Origin: Octopus vulgaris
Lineage: Eukaryota
Assembly (NCBI GenBank): GCA_951406725.2
Contig: OX597822.1
Coordinates: forward strand, 111,786,001-111,850,000
Length of the DNA stretch: 64,000 nt
Direction of reading: 5' to 3'
Under the pieces are notes generated by a model that had not been told where the DNA came from, searched no databases, and saw only the letters and a list, made by a program, of their open reading frames with translations. Position 1 is the first letter of the stretch; each line of letters starts with the position of its first letter. The position numbers were made by a program, and so were the translations under genes. Shown piece by piece: positions 1 to 14,293 of this stretch.

Positions 1-92
1 GACTTTTTCACTGCCCGAGTGTTAAACTAATACATCTATTTGTTGTCAAAACCACCTGTCTTCGTCTTTTATTTTTCTTGTGAATTATCCCT
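1..92 (+). mobile_element. 3' end of hammerhead-bearing short repeat (same family as 61181-61390)
   Basis: Matches the reverse complement of 61181-61275 and ends in (TA)n; the ribozyme core would lie just upstream of base 1. Confidence 0.6.
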
Positions 93-105
93 ATGTATAT
101 ATATA

Positions 106-163
<58 letters not shown>

Positions 164-439
164 CGCGAACAGTTGTTTTCTCTGTAATTTTATTCATGCG
201 GATCATTCTCCATTAGGAGAAACAGCGGTGAAAATATCCGCACACCATTTACTGTGTGGGTGAGACAAAAGTATATTTAGGAATTCAAAACAAACTGTAA
301 ACACGTTGCACAGAATTATGAAGGAAACGCAATAAAGGGGAATAAGTTAGAATGTGGCTGTGATTTCAATTTGGCACGGATGGAAAAAGATCTACTTCCT
401 ACAATACATATATGCAGAAAAACACGTAAATGGGTATAC

Positions 440-995
<556 letters not shown>

Positions 996-2825
996 GAATG
1001 ATATAATCTATGTAACTGAAACGGATGTGAGAGGAGGGAAAAGAATGAAATGAAAAGAGAAACTGGTGACGAATGTAATATAGATAAAGCATACGCTTCC
1101 AAAATTTAATGTTTACAAATGTATCTATCGATATCTGTATTTAGCTTCAAATACCCATCACATAGAAGCGCATAGATACACCCATATGGAAATGGGAGAT
1201 GCTAAGTGATGATGACAGTAAATGCATATGTATGAGTGTTTTTCTTTCGTCAATGTATACATGCATTGAAATTTCTGTATTCGAATATCCGAACATTAAA
1301 AAAATGCAAAATGTATTTTATAAATATATATTCATCTGAAGATGAAAGACGTTCTGACAAATGAATTATACAGGAAAATAGTAAATGGCTCACTGGTTTT
1401 ACAAAGATATGTTCTCGTCTTGAGTTTTCTTGTAAGCTTGAACACATGAAAAGTAGAAAATTGACAAGTTAAAACTTGAATGTAGCAAATTTGTACTGAA
1501 ATTCACCGATATTGAAAGTGTCGAAATTAAATTGATGTCTAGCTTACTGAAGTAGAATATGTTTATTGAATAACTGCAGCTTCTGATGCTAAGGAATTGG
1601 ACATTTTTCTAATGTCAGAATTTAAGTTTCTTCAGAAATAGGCCAGACAATAGCTCACGTTCGAATATCTTTCGAAAATAGCAAACTTATCAAATAAAAA
1701 TAGATTTCAGGATCGATTTCTATAATGTTCTATAAATTAAACTTGAAATTTGAATATTTTTCAATGAATCGATTTTATCTCTCCAGCGTTCCATCATTCG
1801 CATATTTGTTCAATTACTTCAATCGTTTATGCCTCATGCTTCTAAAGTGGTTGAGTAAAGTATTTTTAAAAGCATATCTGAACTTTCTGAGAATAGAAAA
1901 TCACTCTCAACTGTGTTGGAACATTTAATTTCTAGGCTGTAACCATGGCAATGAGAAGAAGAAAAAATAAATCGGAGCAAGATAAGTGAAAATTCCTGAT
2001 CTTTCAGAAGAGGAAAAATCCACCCAGGCATTCTGAAAATCATGGAAATCGTACTCTTTTTAATTTTACTTCACCGAGTTTCGGAGCCTTTTTCTTCAAA
2101 TAAAACGAAATAAACTATAATATATCTTTATTGCATTTTAGATACTTCTTTCATTTTATGATTTTTTTAAATAGCTATTTCTTTAACATATCTTCCATCC
2201 AGAAGAAATTCTATGATTCTCGTAAATGCTTACAGACGTAATGAATAACTGATCAATCACAAAATTACCTTTCTATTGGTTTGACATAGTAATTGAAATA
2301 GGTTTCTAATTGAATTAAATTGCATCATTGATTTTCTACTCGTTCCTTCATTCTAGAGAATGCCAATTATTTATAATCCCAATAATGTATAGAGATGAAA
2401 CAATATGACTAAATATACATGTTCCTTGCACATTATTGTTTTAGAGATCCATGACTTTTTCCACATTATTTTCGTGTTAGCTGAACACTGCCACATAGAC
2501 AGTCGGGCATATTTAGGACCGACAAGTATCTGGTACTCCATTTATAGTTTCGACAAATTGTAGCAAGCCTCGGTGTAAACATGCAATTGTAAAATTGTGG
2601 ATCTACTGAGGCCGTCTCGAAATAATGTATTCGTTTCTAGAATTTTCATATTTGTTTCTAGGTTATGTTGAGGAGTGTACAAACCGTGACAGTCTGCTTC
2701 CTTGTAGAATGATGGATGTTACTTCTTACCACTAATGCTTTTTGGGATTGTTGTCGGATGAGTGTCCAGGTGGTGCACCAACAACGGCCGCAGTCAAGAA
2801 GCAAAAGAATAATAATATGAAGAAA

Positions 2826-2832
2826 TATCTAT

Positions 2833-2881
<49 letters not shown>

Positions 2882-2902
2882 CATCTATCTATCTATCTAT
2901 CC

Positions 2903-2945
<43 letters not shown>

Positions 2946-2985
2946 CATCTATCTAGCTATCTATCTAGCTATCTGTCTATCTATA
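2826..2985. repeat. (TATC)n microsatellite
   Basis: Directly visible. Confidence 0.95.
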
Positions 2986-2989
2986 TATT

Positions 2990-3420
2990 CTCTCTTTACT
3001 CTTTACTCTTTTACTTGTTTCAGTCATTTGACTGCATGCTGGAGCACCGCCTTTAGTCGAGCAAATCGACCCCGGGACTTATTCTTTGTAAGCCCAGTAC
3101 TTATTCTATCGGTCTCCCCTGCCGAACCGCTAAGTGACGGGGACGTAAACACATTAGCATCGGTTGTCAAGCAATGCTAGGGTGACAAACACAGACACAC
3201 AAACACACACACACACACATATATATGTCGTATATATATATATATATATATATATACGACAGGCTTCTTTCAGTTTCCGTCTACCAAATCCACTCACAAG
3301 GCATTGGTCGGCCCGGGGCTATAGCAGAAGACACCTGCCCAAGATGCCACGCAGTGGGACTGAACCCGGAACCATGTGGTTGGTTAGCAAGCTACTTACC
3401 ACACAGCCACTCCTGCGCCT
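2990..3420 (-). mobile_element. tRNA-derived SINE, family A (head AGGCGCAGGAGTGGCTGTGTGGTAAG, internal (TA)/(TG) tract, (AAGAGTA)n tail)
   Basis: Near-identical to about 8 other copies in the window; A-box-like and B-box-like (GGTTCAGTCCC) motifs in the head; simple-repeat tail. Confidence 0.9.
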
Positions 3421-3431
3421 ATATATATATA

Positions 3432-3608
3432 CTTTATTTAAAAGCAGCAGAAATATACTAAGAGCTGTTACTCGGTGTTTCACGTTCCCTTGAAACTCCG
3501 AGTAACAGCTTTTGTTATATTTCTGCTGCTTTTAAATAAAGCATATACCTCTGGTATTTGAGTACTCTTTTTTTTCCACCTTGTTTCACATTTATGTGCT
3601 TACTCCGG
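3432..3608 (+). mobile_element. Truncated Penelope-like/retrozyme-type terminus forming a ~51-bp-arm hairpin
   Basis: Inverted repeat 3432-3482/3491-3541; each arm has GAAAC-(T/A)CCGA-GTA, a hammerhead 3' half; flanked by (TA)n. Confidence 0.55.
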
Positions 3609-3632
3609 TATATATATATATATATATATATC

Positions 3633-3928
3633 ATGTGACTGATCACGTAACTGACCAGTCTACTAGATGCTGCTACACATCGCTGATCACAATGCGCTTT
3701 GAATTGTTTTGGCCTTCAAATGGCGCCACCCCACTGGCTAAGTGAGCAGGCCAACAGAAGAAATAGTGAGAGAATGTTGTGGCGAAAGAGTGCAGCAGGA
3801 ATCGCCACCACCCACTGCCGGAGCCTCGTGGAGCTTTAGGTGTTTTCGCTCAATAAACACTCACAACCGCCCGGTCTGGCAATCGAAACCGCGATCCTAC
3901 GACCGCGAGTCCGCTGCCCTAACCACTG
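3633..3928 (-). mobile_element. tRNA-Arg-like SINE, family B head with an alternative RTE-like tail (probably OR1/OR2 type)
   Basis: 3770-3928 matches the head of 13236-13620 and 62097-62480; the tail differs and resembles the RTE 3' end at ~14110-14165. Confidence 0.8.
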
Positions 3929-4266
3929 TATATGTATATATGTGCATTCCAACCATGGTTCTATGTGTGTGGGTGTTACGTTATTGATTGTCACTAGCTT
4001 CATTAAGCTATTGTTTAGAAAAGAAAATATACATTTGGTAGGGAATAATTTCATTCTGTTATTGTACTTGATCCCCATACATTTCACATACTGTGAAACA
4101 TATTTCTAACTACCAATAGTTCATTGCTGAATGGGGTACACGTCCCACAGAGTGCATACGAAGTTGTGTATAAGTTTTCTGCGACTACCTGCTGATTGTA
4201 CAAATGAAACAGAAAACTTGAAAATGATACTGCCTTATGCTGTTATATATCAGCATTGTAGATGTA

Positions 4267-5464
4267 TTAGGTTGACAATTAAGTTGCTGTCGTTTTTGAA
4301 AAGTTAAATTTTTTAAATGGTTTAATAAGAAATAGTAAATAATTAATCAAGAATGTATTCACCCTTGTTGTTTACAACTTCATCTCAACGTTCAACAAGA
4401 TTTTGAATACCTCGTTGGTAAGAAATCACCCGATTTCGACTCGAAACATTGATCCAACCACGCTCTCAGTTCTGCTTCAGAATTGAAAGAAACTCTGCTC
4501 ATAGCATTTGAAAGAGATCGAAAGGGGTGGAAATCCGTTGGTGCCAAATCAGGAGAGTACGGCGAGTGTGGCATCACTTCCCAATTATGCGTTTGAATGG
4601 CTTCCTTGGTCATATTGGTGACATGAGAGCGGGTGTTGACGTTCAGAAGAAGAGCTCTATGCTGACGATTAGGTCTTTTCTCTTGAATTGCCTTGTTGAG
4701 TCGTTCGATCTGCTGAACATAGAGTTCCGCGTTGTCCGTTTGGTTCCGTTCAAGCAATTCGTAAAAGATAATCCCTTCCCAGTCCCACCATACTCACAAC
4801 ATCGTTTTACGCGTATAAAGATCTTATTTTACGCGCGGTGTCGCTTGTTTACCGGGGCTAAGTCATTCCTTACGCTGCTTCATATTGATATATAGGCACC
4901 ATTTTCGTCGCCAGTAACGATTCGATAAAGAAATCGTTGCTTGTGTCCATGAGTTGAGCGGTGACGCGCAAGCAAACCAGCGGAGATTGTGGCTCGTTGA
5001 TTTTTGCTGTTGTCACTTTAAAGCACGCAGAACTCATGCTCCATACTTCTGAACCTTTCCCATCGGGTGAAGATGCTTCTTTATAGCAGTGTGGGAGCGT
5101 TCCTCTTTCTCTGCCAGTTCCCTTGTCGTTTGACGAGAATTTTCGTGCAAAAGTTGGTTTAATAGCTCTTCATCGAACTCAACTGGATGTTCAGACCGAG
5201 GTGCGTTTTTGAGGTCAAAATTTCCATTTTTGAACTTGGCATACCAATCACGAGCGATTCTTTCAGCAATGGCCCCCTCTCCATACACAGCACAGATGTC
5301 GCGAGCAGCTTTTGCGGCCTAAGAACCTTGACTAAAAGCAAAAAAAGAAGGTGACCTGAAAATAAACAAAAATTAAATAGAATTAACTGGAAAAAACAAA
5401 CAAACAAAATAAATTCCAAAATGATTCAAAAATGGAATTCTCAAAATATCTATATATCTATCTA

Positions 5465-5534
<70 letters not shown>

Positions 5535-5602
5535 TTCCAAAATTTAAAAATGCAATAAATTCAAAAATTTTTAATACGTCGGGAACTTAGTTGGCAACAC
5601 AA
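4267..5602 (-). mobile_element. Degenerate full-length mariner (DD34D) transposon
   Basis: Transposase pieces on minus strand: WYAKFKNG (HTH region), IVTGDE (~4905-4922), HSPYSPDLAPTDF; frameshifts; imperfect ~28-bp TIRs flanked by TA at both ends. Confidence 0.92.
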
Positions 5603-6539
5603 TATTAATTTAGTTTACAAATGAATTGCAAGGGGCTCTTTAGGGAGAGAATTATTATGTTGTTTGTAGTTGGTTTGCACAACATTAATTCAAAAGCAAC
5701 TTGATGTCGATGGCTGGTAATACTATGCTGTGTGGAGAATTATATATTAAATGTGTCATGTATAAATTTAATTTTCTGAATTGCGGTGCGTGTAAATATA
5801 GTGGGATGGCCCATGTTATCACTTAGAAGAAACGATACGCAGGCAGATAATGTCAAGTATACGTTTATAATAGTCCATAAGCCATTGATGAGTATCTGTG
5901 ACTGTTGTGATAGGCTTAGTAGCATTCCAATGACTAATGAATTTACTACAATGTCTGTATGATCTTATCATCAACTCTCATCTCTTTCCTGGTTATTTTA
6001 TATTTCACATACATCTTCAACCATGAAGATGTAGGTGAAATGGTATGGCACGTCAATTTTGCTAGCAAAGTTTATGGTACAGTTTATATCATTCTTGATT
6101 GACACTCATAGTCAAACAGAAACGCAAATCACTGGTTTGTAGAAACAGTTATTGGCGTACAGCCAATATAGCTAACAATCTTATTGTTCGCGGGCTTTAT
6201 TAATACCATTTTCCTCTTTGTTGGTGAGTGTGTCGTATTTTTAGGTGAAGCGCTAGATTAAACAAATACAAATCTAGTTCATATACATTATGCATACAAT
6301 TCCTCTCATTCCAATTTTTGTCTTTAGCATTTGAATGGAATAAAATAAGAATCGATTATTGATGCTGTGTAGATATTATCAACTACGCAGAAACAAAAGT
6401 GCACCACCATTTTGAATGCCCATTGTTTTCCGAGAATGCATTGTACACTCTGGCTCTGGATTAAAGAGTGTTTTCCTGCTATTCTTAGTTAAATGATCAC
6501 GCATTTAGACTATTGTTGGCTAGATAAGTACTGGTAATA

Positions 6540-7206
6540 TCTATAATAATAAATGCCAAAGCGAATTTCTGTGTGTCAGTGTGTCACACTTTGATCCCTC
6601 TCTCACTATTCACTGACACTTCTACTCCTCTTGTTGGGGTCAGAGAAATAGTTAGCAGAGAGACGGTGAGGACGGTAGTAGATTGACGGTTCAGATGGTA
6701 ATGGAGGAATAGTAATAGTATGAGCTATAGTTGTGATAGAGGCGGAGGCGATGGTGATGATGTTGGTGGTGGTGGTAGCTGGGGCAGTCAAGCATAACGG
6801 TGATGGTAAGGGATGTGAAAGACAGTGGTGATGATGGTTGTGGTGAGGAAGGCGGTGAAGTCGTCAGAAATCTGAATGATGTATATATGGTAGTTGTGGT
6901 GCGATGGTAGTGGTACTGCTGATGGTTTAAAACGATCAACAGAGAGAGAGAGAGAGAGAGAGAGAGCAGTTTGACAGAAAAAAGACGTACTGGCCCCTGG
7001 ATGGGAAGACAAAAATATTGTTTATCATGAAGCTCTGCAATAAGTTCCAAGTTGACAAATTATATCATTGTTTTGATGAAAATTGTTCATTGCTTGAAAA
7101 ATATCGGTCAAGTTTTAAAAAATTCAATATGTACTCAATGCATGAAGTCTCATTATTGGGCTCAAGGCCCAATGAAGAGCCCTCCAAAGGAGCTAGCTTA
7201 AGCTAG
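6540..7206 (+). mobile_element. Probable non-autonomous Helitron
   Basis: A|TCTATAATAATAAA start, CTAG|T end, subterminal hairpins (TTGGGC..GCCCAA; CTAGCTTAAGCTAG). Confidence 0.5.
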
Positions 7207-7499
7207 TACTAGGATCAACTCCATTCAGTATCGTTTTATTTGTACAAGTCTTTCTTCTCACTCTTTAACTATAACACTCGTTAAAGGAAATGTCAGAGCT
7301 GCTCACTTAAAAGACAAATTCATTGTTGTAAAAGAGATGATTAATACTATTGTTTTAATAATACCTATTGAAGAATAAGAAGTTTTCCAGACTAGGCAAT
7401 GATATACGGCAAGAATAATAAATATATATATTACATACTGAATATGTAACGGTGTTTAGGTACGAAAATATAATCTGGAATACAGATATTTTATATTTC

Positions 7500-7841
7500 A
7501 GGCGCAGGAGTGGCTGTGTGGTAAGTAGCTTGCTAACCAACCACATGGTTTCGGGTTCATTTCCACTGCGTGGCACCTTGGGCAAGTGTCTTCTGCTATA
7601 GCCCCGGGCCGACCAATGCCTTGCGAGTGGATTTGGTAGACGGAAACTGAAAGAAGCCCGTCGTATATATGTATATATATATATATGTGTGTGTGCGTGT
7701 GTGTTTGTGTGTCTGTGTTTGTCCCCCTAGCATTGCTTGGCAACCGATGCTAGTGTGTTTATGTCCCCGTCACTTAGCGGTTCGGCAAAAGAGACCGATA
7801 GAATAAGTACTGGGCTTACAAAGTAAAAGAGAGTAAAGAGT
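7500..7841 (+). mobile_element. SINE family A (tail internally deleted)
   Basis: Reverse complement of the 2990-3420 type. Confidence 0.9.
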
Positions 7842-10800
7842 ATATCTTTTTGATGTAAAATAGTGTGCTTTGCAAAGTTATGAAATAATTGGATATTTGG
7901 CGACCAAGATACAAGTACTTTTAAAGAAACTGTATTAGGAATCTATAACATGCTAATTATATGGCAGTAAAAGATTCTGAAGTCGTTGACATATATTTAT
8001 CTTATTTCTAAATAAATTTCGAAGTAGAACATTTTCATTTCTTACCCCAACATGATATTTTTACTGTGTAAATATTTGTTGAAGAGTTGGTAATTTGACT
8101 TAAACCTTGAAAGGTATTTTAGGTACAGGTCTGGTCTTGAACATATATACGAAACATAAACATGCTGGTCTCATGCTGTGGCAGTAATGTTTGGTTTATC
8201 GTATAAAATAGGTACGGTATGCGGGGAAAATGAAGGGAACGTAAATAATGAGTATTCTTCGAATTCTTAAAAAATATTAGAATCAGTAACGATGCTTCGT
8301 ATTATTGCTGACTGATTGCATTTCATAACACTCAACTTCTTTTAAACAAATATACATAGATATGTACACAAGTTTGGCACTCCAAAATGTGTTGAAACCT
8401 GGGAAGCTTTGGCAGGAACAGATGATAATCTATTCATAATGTTCTGTGAAAGAAATACAATATTGCAAATTTCTCTTCAAACACACGCATTTACATTACT
8501 TAGAGACAATTTCAGTGTCGGGGGTAATCATCTCTTGGCTTTTATTGACTCGTAGCAACAAATATTTTTGGTCCCATATTAGTAATTGATTTGCAACATT
8601 CTTGGTGTGTAATCGTATTTTGCAACAGGTTGTGTCATCTCTGTGTCATTGGCTGTGTTTCACTTCATTTATTATTAGTATACTATTACGTAATTCTTTG
8701 GGGAATGGTTCGGCTAAACCTAGAGTAGCGAGTGTCGATGATAAGCTTATGAATGGTGACGAAAGGACTATAACGAAGATCCCAAATCAACCGTTGGACC
8801 AAACAATTAGTTAATTGGTTAAAATATTAACTGGTTTGGTTCTAATTATTATAAATAAATGAGAGAAAGAATCAGTGTCTTTAAATTTTGACATAATGAC
8901 CCCGTCCAATATGAAACTAAATCTACTGTAGTCCACTGTAAATTATATTTAGGAAACATTTTAGCATAACAATTCTATTTATCTGATTTTCAGAGTCCAT
9001 TAGATAGTCTCCTCTGTTTTGGAACCGTGTGATCATAAACGTTAAAATAATTGATTATATAACGTAACAGTAGATAAATATTTTCACTTTAATACCATAT
9101 TATAGATTTTGCGAGCACATTATTGCAGATTTGCAAAATCGTTAGAACGCCGGAAAATTACTTTAAAATACATTAAAGCTTGAAACAAATATTTTAAAAT
9201 GCAACGGAAATTCTCTTTCGCCTCTTATGAAACCGATTTTCTTCCAACTGTGCTGAATCAGAAAACAAATTTTGCGCAAAATGTCATCTATTATTGCTCT
9301 TATTTCAGTTTCGTGATGATGAAAACTTTTTGTGTTCTTATAAAGCATTTATATCGACATACACGTAAATGAAAGATAATTTAGATTCAATAAATCCTTT
9401 TTAATCTCAACATAATGGTGAAACATAGATACTATTAAATACTATTAAATATGTAACTAGCAGCTTGTATGTTTTAAGCCGACAACCATAAATCTTTATC
9501 TACGTTCGAAAAGTGTTAAAGTCTTTTGAGTGTTTATAGAAAATTACGAATAATCTGTGCAAGGCAATTTATCTTCAGATATATTCCAAGCTAAAGCGAT
9601 TATTTTACTTTTAGCTTACACTGTCAGTAGTTATCATATATTTTCTTTTCTATTCGTAATAATCTCATGTAAATAATTCCAAATGTAAAGATAGCAAGAC
9701 GTTTCAATAGCAGACATTTAAACTTGCAGATATTTTATATTTTCGAGGGCATAATTCATACTTGGTTGTAGATTCCAATTCCTGTTTTATTAAACTTTCT
9801 ATAGATCTTCCATCTATTCCGAATATCAATATATCATGTTTATACCCAATGGAACTACCAATATATCACATTAAACTATTGTCCATAAATGGATGGAAAT
9901 TTAAAGAAATCCCAAACCAGAACCAGCATGATATTCTAAATCAAAAGATTCGACCATTTCAACAGAGATACAGAATATCATTTGGTTGTTTATATGGCGT
10001 TCGCCGAATCAATTTAAAAGAGAAGACGTGGTTTGACTCAAGAATACGGCACTAGCGGAATTAAACCGGAAATATCACAACGGAAAGGAGGAGCTCAAAT
10101 GACTATATCCGCATTTCAGAACAAAAGAAAGCAGTCCCTACACAATTATTTACAAGCTGAACATTATATTTTTTTTAAAGGCTTCTGGAGAAACAAAATA
10201 ATTTCCACATTGCTGGTAATTAACTTTGTAAAAAATAGTGTAAATGATCTTTTACAAATTCAAAAAATGAAAAGCATGCGCACCGAGTGACGTACAGAAT
10301 TACTATTAACACTCCTAAGTTTACACGCACTGGCTAAGTGTAGATACACTTGTTAAAACAACGTACCCGTCCTCACCTGCATTTGCTCAGAGATGATAGC
10401 TTTCTCTTTACTCCTGAGGCGATAAGCGCTATTTGTAAGATAAATATGATCTTATCAAAAAAAACTCGTTAATTTAAAAAATATAATTCACACGTTGATC
10501 CATTCTACCAAATACGTCTGTGATTGTAAGGCTGTGGCCCACCATACTTCTATGACTTTCTGTTTCCCTTTAAGTTTCTTCTTTTATAACGTTTTAGGAA
10601 TTGAAGGGAACGGGAGGAAAAAACACAGAATTCAGTGTATTACAGAGGCAAACATGCGCAAACACACACATACACACACACACGCACACACAAACACACA
10701 AACACACACACGCACACACGCACACACACACACACACACACGCACGCACACAATCGCATTCATATTCACTACTAGCAAGAATCTTTGTGCGAAAATTGTA

Positions 10801-10937
10801 GATAACGAATCAGGTTTTTGCTTTTCCTAGCCCGAACCATTATTGCAGATATATTTACACACGTACAAACACACACACACACACACACGCATGCACAGAG
10901 GCACATGCATATATATGGTATATATGTACACGTCAGA

Positions 10938-10995
<58 letters not shown>

Positions 10996-11024
10996 ATTAA
11001 AACATACAAGCTGCTAGTTACATA

Positions 11025-11130
11025 TTTCTCTAATTTAATATAATATAATATAATATATTTATACTATAAAATTGGATTTAATCCTAAATCTGATTTTTCC
11101 CTGTAAGTTTGGATTTATTCCCTAATATTT

Positions 11131-11135
<5 letters not shown>
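11025..11135 (+). mobile_element. 3' terminus of the hammerhead element family seen at 28058-28590
   Basis: Matches the reverse complement of ~28058-28150 and runs into (TA)n. Confidence 0.7.
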
Positions 11136-11178
<43 letters not shown>

Positions 11179-11480
11179 GAGAGAGAGAAAGAGAGAGGAG
11201 ACGAGGGGGAGAACGATATGAATCATAATAATCTAGGTGCATCACCTCGTAGGATACTAGAAATGGTTAGGTAAAATAAAATAGATTTCTCGGTAAAACA
11301 AACTGGATGTTATTTTATATCAGGAGGATAATGTAAAAGTGTTAAGTACCAAATCTAATATACGGCGTCGATCCGACTCAGCGATGGTTCTAGGTGCAGA
11401 GTGGTTATGAAAACAATAGCACAAACGGGGTTTAAAATTTACTACAACTGTTTCGGGAGAACTTTATTCATAGATTATAT

Positions 11481-11693
11481 CTCTTTTACTCTTTTACTTG
11501 TTTCAGTCATTTGACTGCGGACATGCTGGAGTACCGCCTTTAGTCGAGCAAATCGACCCCGGGACTTATTCTTTGTAAGCCTAGTACTTATTCTATCGGT
11601 CTCTTTTGCCGAACCGCTAAGTTACGGGGACGTAAACACACCAGCGTCAGTTGTCAAGCAATGCTAGGGGGACAAACACAGACACACAAACAT

Positions 11694-11760
<67 letters not shown>

Positions 11761-11926
11761 TACGACAGGCTTCTTTCAGTTTCCGTCTACCAAATCCACT
11801 CACAAGGCATTGGTCGGCCCGGGGCTATAGCAGAAGACACTTGCCCAATGTGCCACGCAGTGAGACTGAACCAGGAACCATGTGGTTGGTTAGCAAGCTA
11901 CTTACCACACAGCCACTCCTGCGCCT
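11481..11926 (-). mobile_element. SINE family A
   Basis: Full-length copy of family A. Confidence 0.92.
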
Positions 11927-12589
11927 ATATAATAGCATATATCTACCATCTTTAGATAAAAGTTTAAGCAGGTATAAACAGATAGGGTAGAAGATTTATG
12001 TTCGCGATTCCAACAATATATTGGGTGGGTGATATTTTAAAAAATAACATTCTAATTTGAAGAGAACGGAAGGAAAAAACAATTATAACGGGCAAGCGGG
12101 AAGTAAACAGATCAAACGATTATTTCAAACAGTCATCGTATGTCCTAGCTTAAGGTCATTCAAATAGGAGGATATTTTGTCGGTTAAGTGAGATGAAAGG
12201 AAGCAGACCGCAGAGGAACAGGAAGTAGTAAAGCTGTCGTCTTTCAGCCTCGCTCACACACACACACACACATACACATACATGCACACACGCAAACACA
12301 CACGTACAAACATACTGATGCACACGTATTCATCTGTGTACTTTTATACATATATACACATATATATATATAGACACAAACATAAATATTGACACATATA
12401 CATACATGCACATATACATAGAAACATATATGCACTCATATATAAATACAAGCAAATATACACATATACACACATGCATACACGTGCACATATATACATA
12501 CACAAAATACACGCAAATCTATATACCGTATTCACTGAACTCAAAAGAGATTATATATGTGCATACACTAATATATATATCGATATGTG

Positions 12590-12915
12590 TGCAGCAATAT
12601 CACCTTGTTTAACTCCATTATCGATGGAAATTGGTTCCGATAGTGACCCATTGACATTAATATGAACCTTCATATCACTATGAACTTGCTTAAACAAATT
12701 ATTGAGAAATTGGGGTCGGACCTCCAAGTTTACCGAGAATGGTCCAGAGAACGGTCCTATTAACAGTGTCGAATATTAAATCGAAAAATACCTTGTAAAG
12801 TGCCAAGCGATTTTCAATGCATTTCTCCGGGAGTAGACGAACAGAAAACCACGTTCATTGTGCCACGACTTGATCTAAAACCACACTGACTCTCCGGGTT
12901 GAACGAGGAGCATAT
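12590..12915 (-). mobile_element. Degenerate RTE-clade LINE reverse transcriptase fragment
   Basis: Minus-strand translation with frameshifts: ESQCGFRSSRGT..EKCIE..FDTVNRTVLWTILGKLG..NGSLSEPISIDNGVKQGD. Confidence 0.8.
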
Positions 12916-13235
12916 CCACTTTTAAAACGGGCACACATTTTATAAATACACTTCACCATTGAGTAACTGTTGCATGAACATAGAATATTTTATAACGGAA
13001 TGCAATGGCAAGGGAAATGTTCATATTTCAGGGAGTATCATAGAATCGCATGATTCGGGGATAAGAATTGTAATTGGTAGTTATACTGGTAAATTGTAAA
13101 CGAAAGTTAAAGTCTAGATTCGTGAATTACAGAACAGATTACAGAACCCATACTGCTTGTTTCACTTGGAACGTATTGAATTCAATCTGGTTTCTGAAGT
13201 TTGTTCAATATCTTGATGTGCATTCCGATTATGTG

Positions 13236-13620
13236 TGGAAGCACTCCGTCGGTTACGACGACGAGGGTTCCGGTTGATCCGAATCAACGGAACAGCCTGC
13301 TCGTGAAATTAAAGTGTAAGTGGCTGAGCACTCCACAGACACGTGTACCCTTAACGTAGTTCTCGGGGATATTCAGCGTGACACAGAGAGTGACAAGGCC
13401 GGCCCTTTGAAATACAGGTACAACAGAAACAGGAAGTAAGAGTGAGAGAAAGTTGTGGTGAAAGAGTACAGCAGGGATCACCACCATCCCCTGCCGGAGC
13501 CTCGTGGAGCTTTTAGGTGTTTTCGCTCAATAAACACTCACAACGCCCGGTCTGGGAATCGAAACCGCGATCCTATGACCGCGAGTCCGCTGCCCTAACC
13601 ACTGGGCCATTGCGCCTCCA
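13236..13620 (-). mobile_element. tRNA-Arg-like SINE family B (probably OR1/OR2 type), full length
   Basis: Head GGAGGCGCAATGGCCCAGTGGTTAGGGCAGCGGACTCG..GGTTTCGATTCCC; flanking direct repeat TCCGATTATGT (TSD). Confidence 0.92.
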
Positions 13621-14050
13621 CGTCCGATTATGTACGACGTATGTGAAAATACAAATATCCACGAAGCGAACTACTAATAGATGTAAGTGAGCATGAATCT
13701 CTGTATGTGTGAATGTATATGATACACGAAGATACACGAATGCCAGATTCTTGCTGTGTAAGTTAAATTGTAGAAGAATAATATAAGAAGTATAGAGGTA
13801 AAGAACAATATATATATAATATTCTTTTTTCGGCTATCTATTATATATGTATGCCTTATAAACATTCATGGCACGTATTCAAGTATCCGAAGAATATGTT
13901 CCGTAATTCAAAGCATCAATCAAGTTTTATTGAAGTTAGGGGCGGAAAAAGTAACACCTATCTAGACTAAACAAATCTAAGTTTTGGAAAAGATATATGA
14001 AGCCAATATATACTGTTATAGTGTTATTGGAAATATGTGAGGAATAAAGT

Positions 14051-14095
<45 letters not shown>

Positions 14096-14096
14096 C

Positions 14097-14292
14097 TTTG
14101 ACTTTTCCCTTTGACCGACCAGTCCGTCAGGCGTCCATTTGACACCGCTGGTCACAGCACGCTGTCCACTCCTCCCTGGATCGCGCCTTTCTCATCCACG
14201 TGATCCCAATCGTCCTCTTGAAATCGTCACTCCACCGTCGTGGAGGTCTTCCGGGTGGTCTTTTCCGCTCACGCGGGTACCACTCGACAGCT
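14097..14292 (-). mobile_element. RTE-clade LINE 3' end
   Basis: EWYPRERKRPPGRPPRRWSDDF..ARSREEW C-terminal motif typical of RTE ORF2. Confidence 0.8.
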
Positions 14293-14293
14293 G

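Noticed and set aside
1350-2100. Coding-looking AT-rich stretches (also ~20400, 25250, 38400 and 49600)
   Set aside because: Multiple stops in all frames and no recognisable motif; cannot support a pseudogene call without a BLASTX search
13284-13487. Near-identical 67-aa ORF 'MVVIPAVLFHH..' at three loci
   Set aside because: Lies inside SINE family B copies
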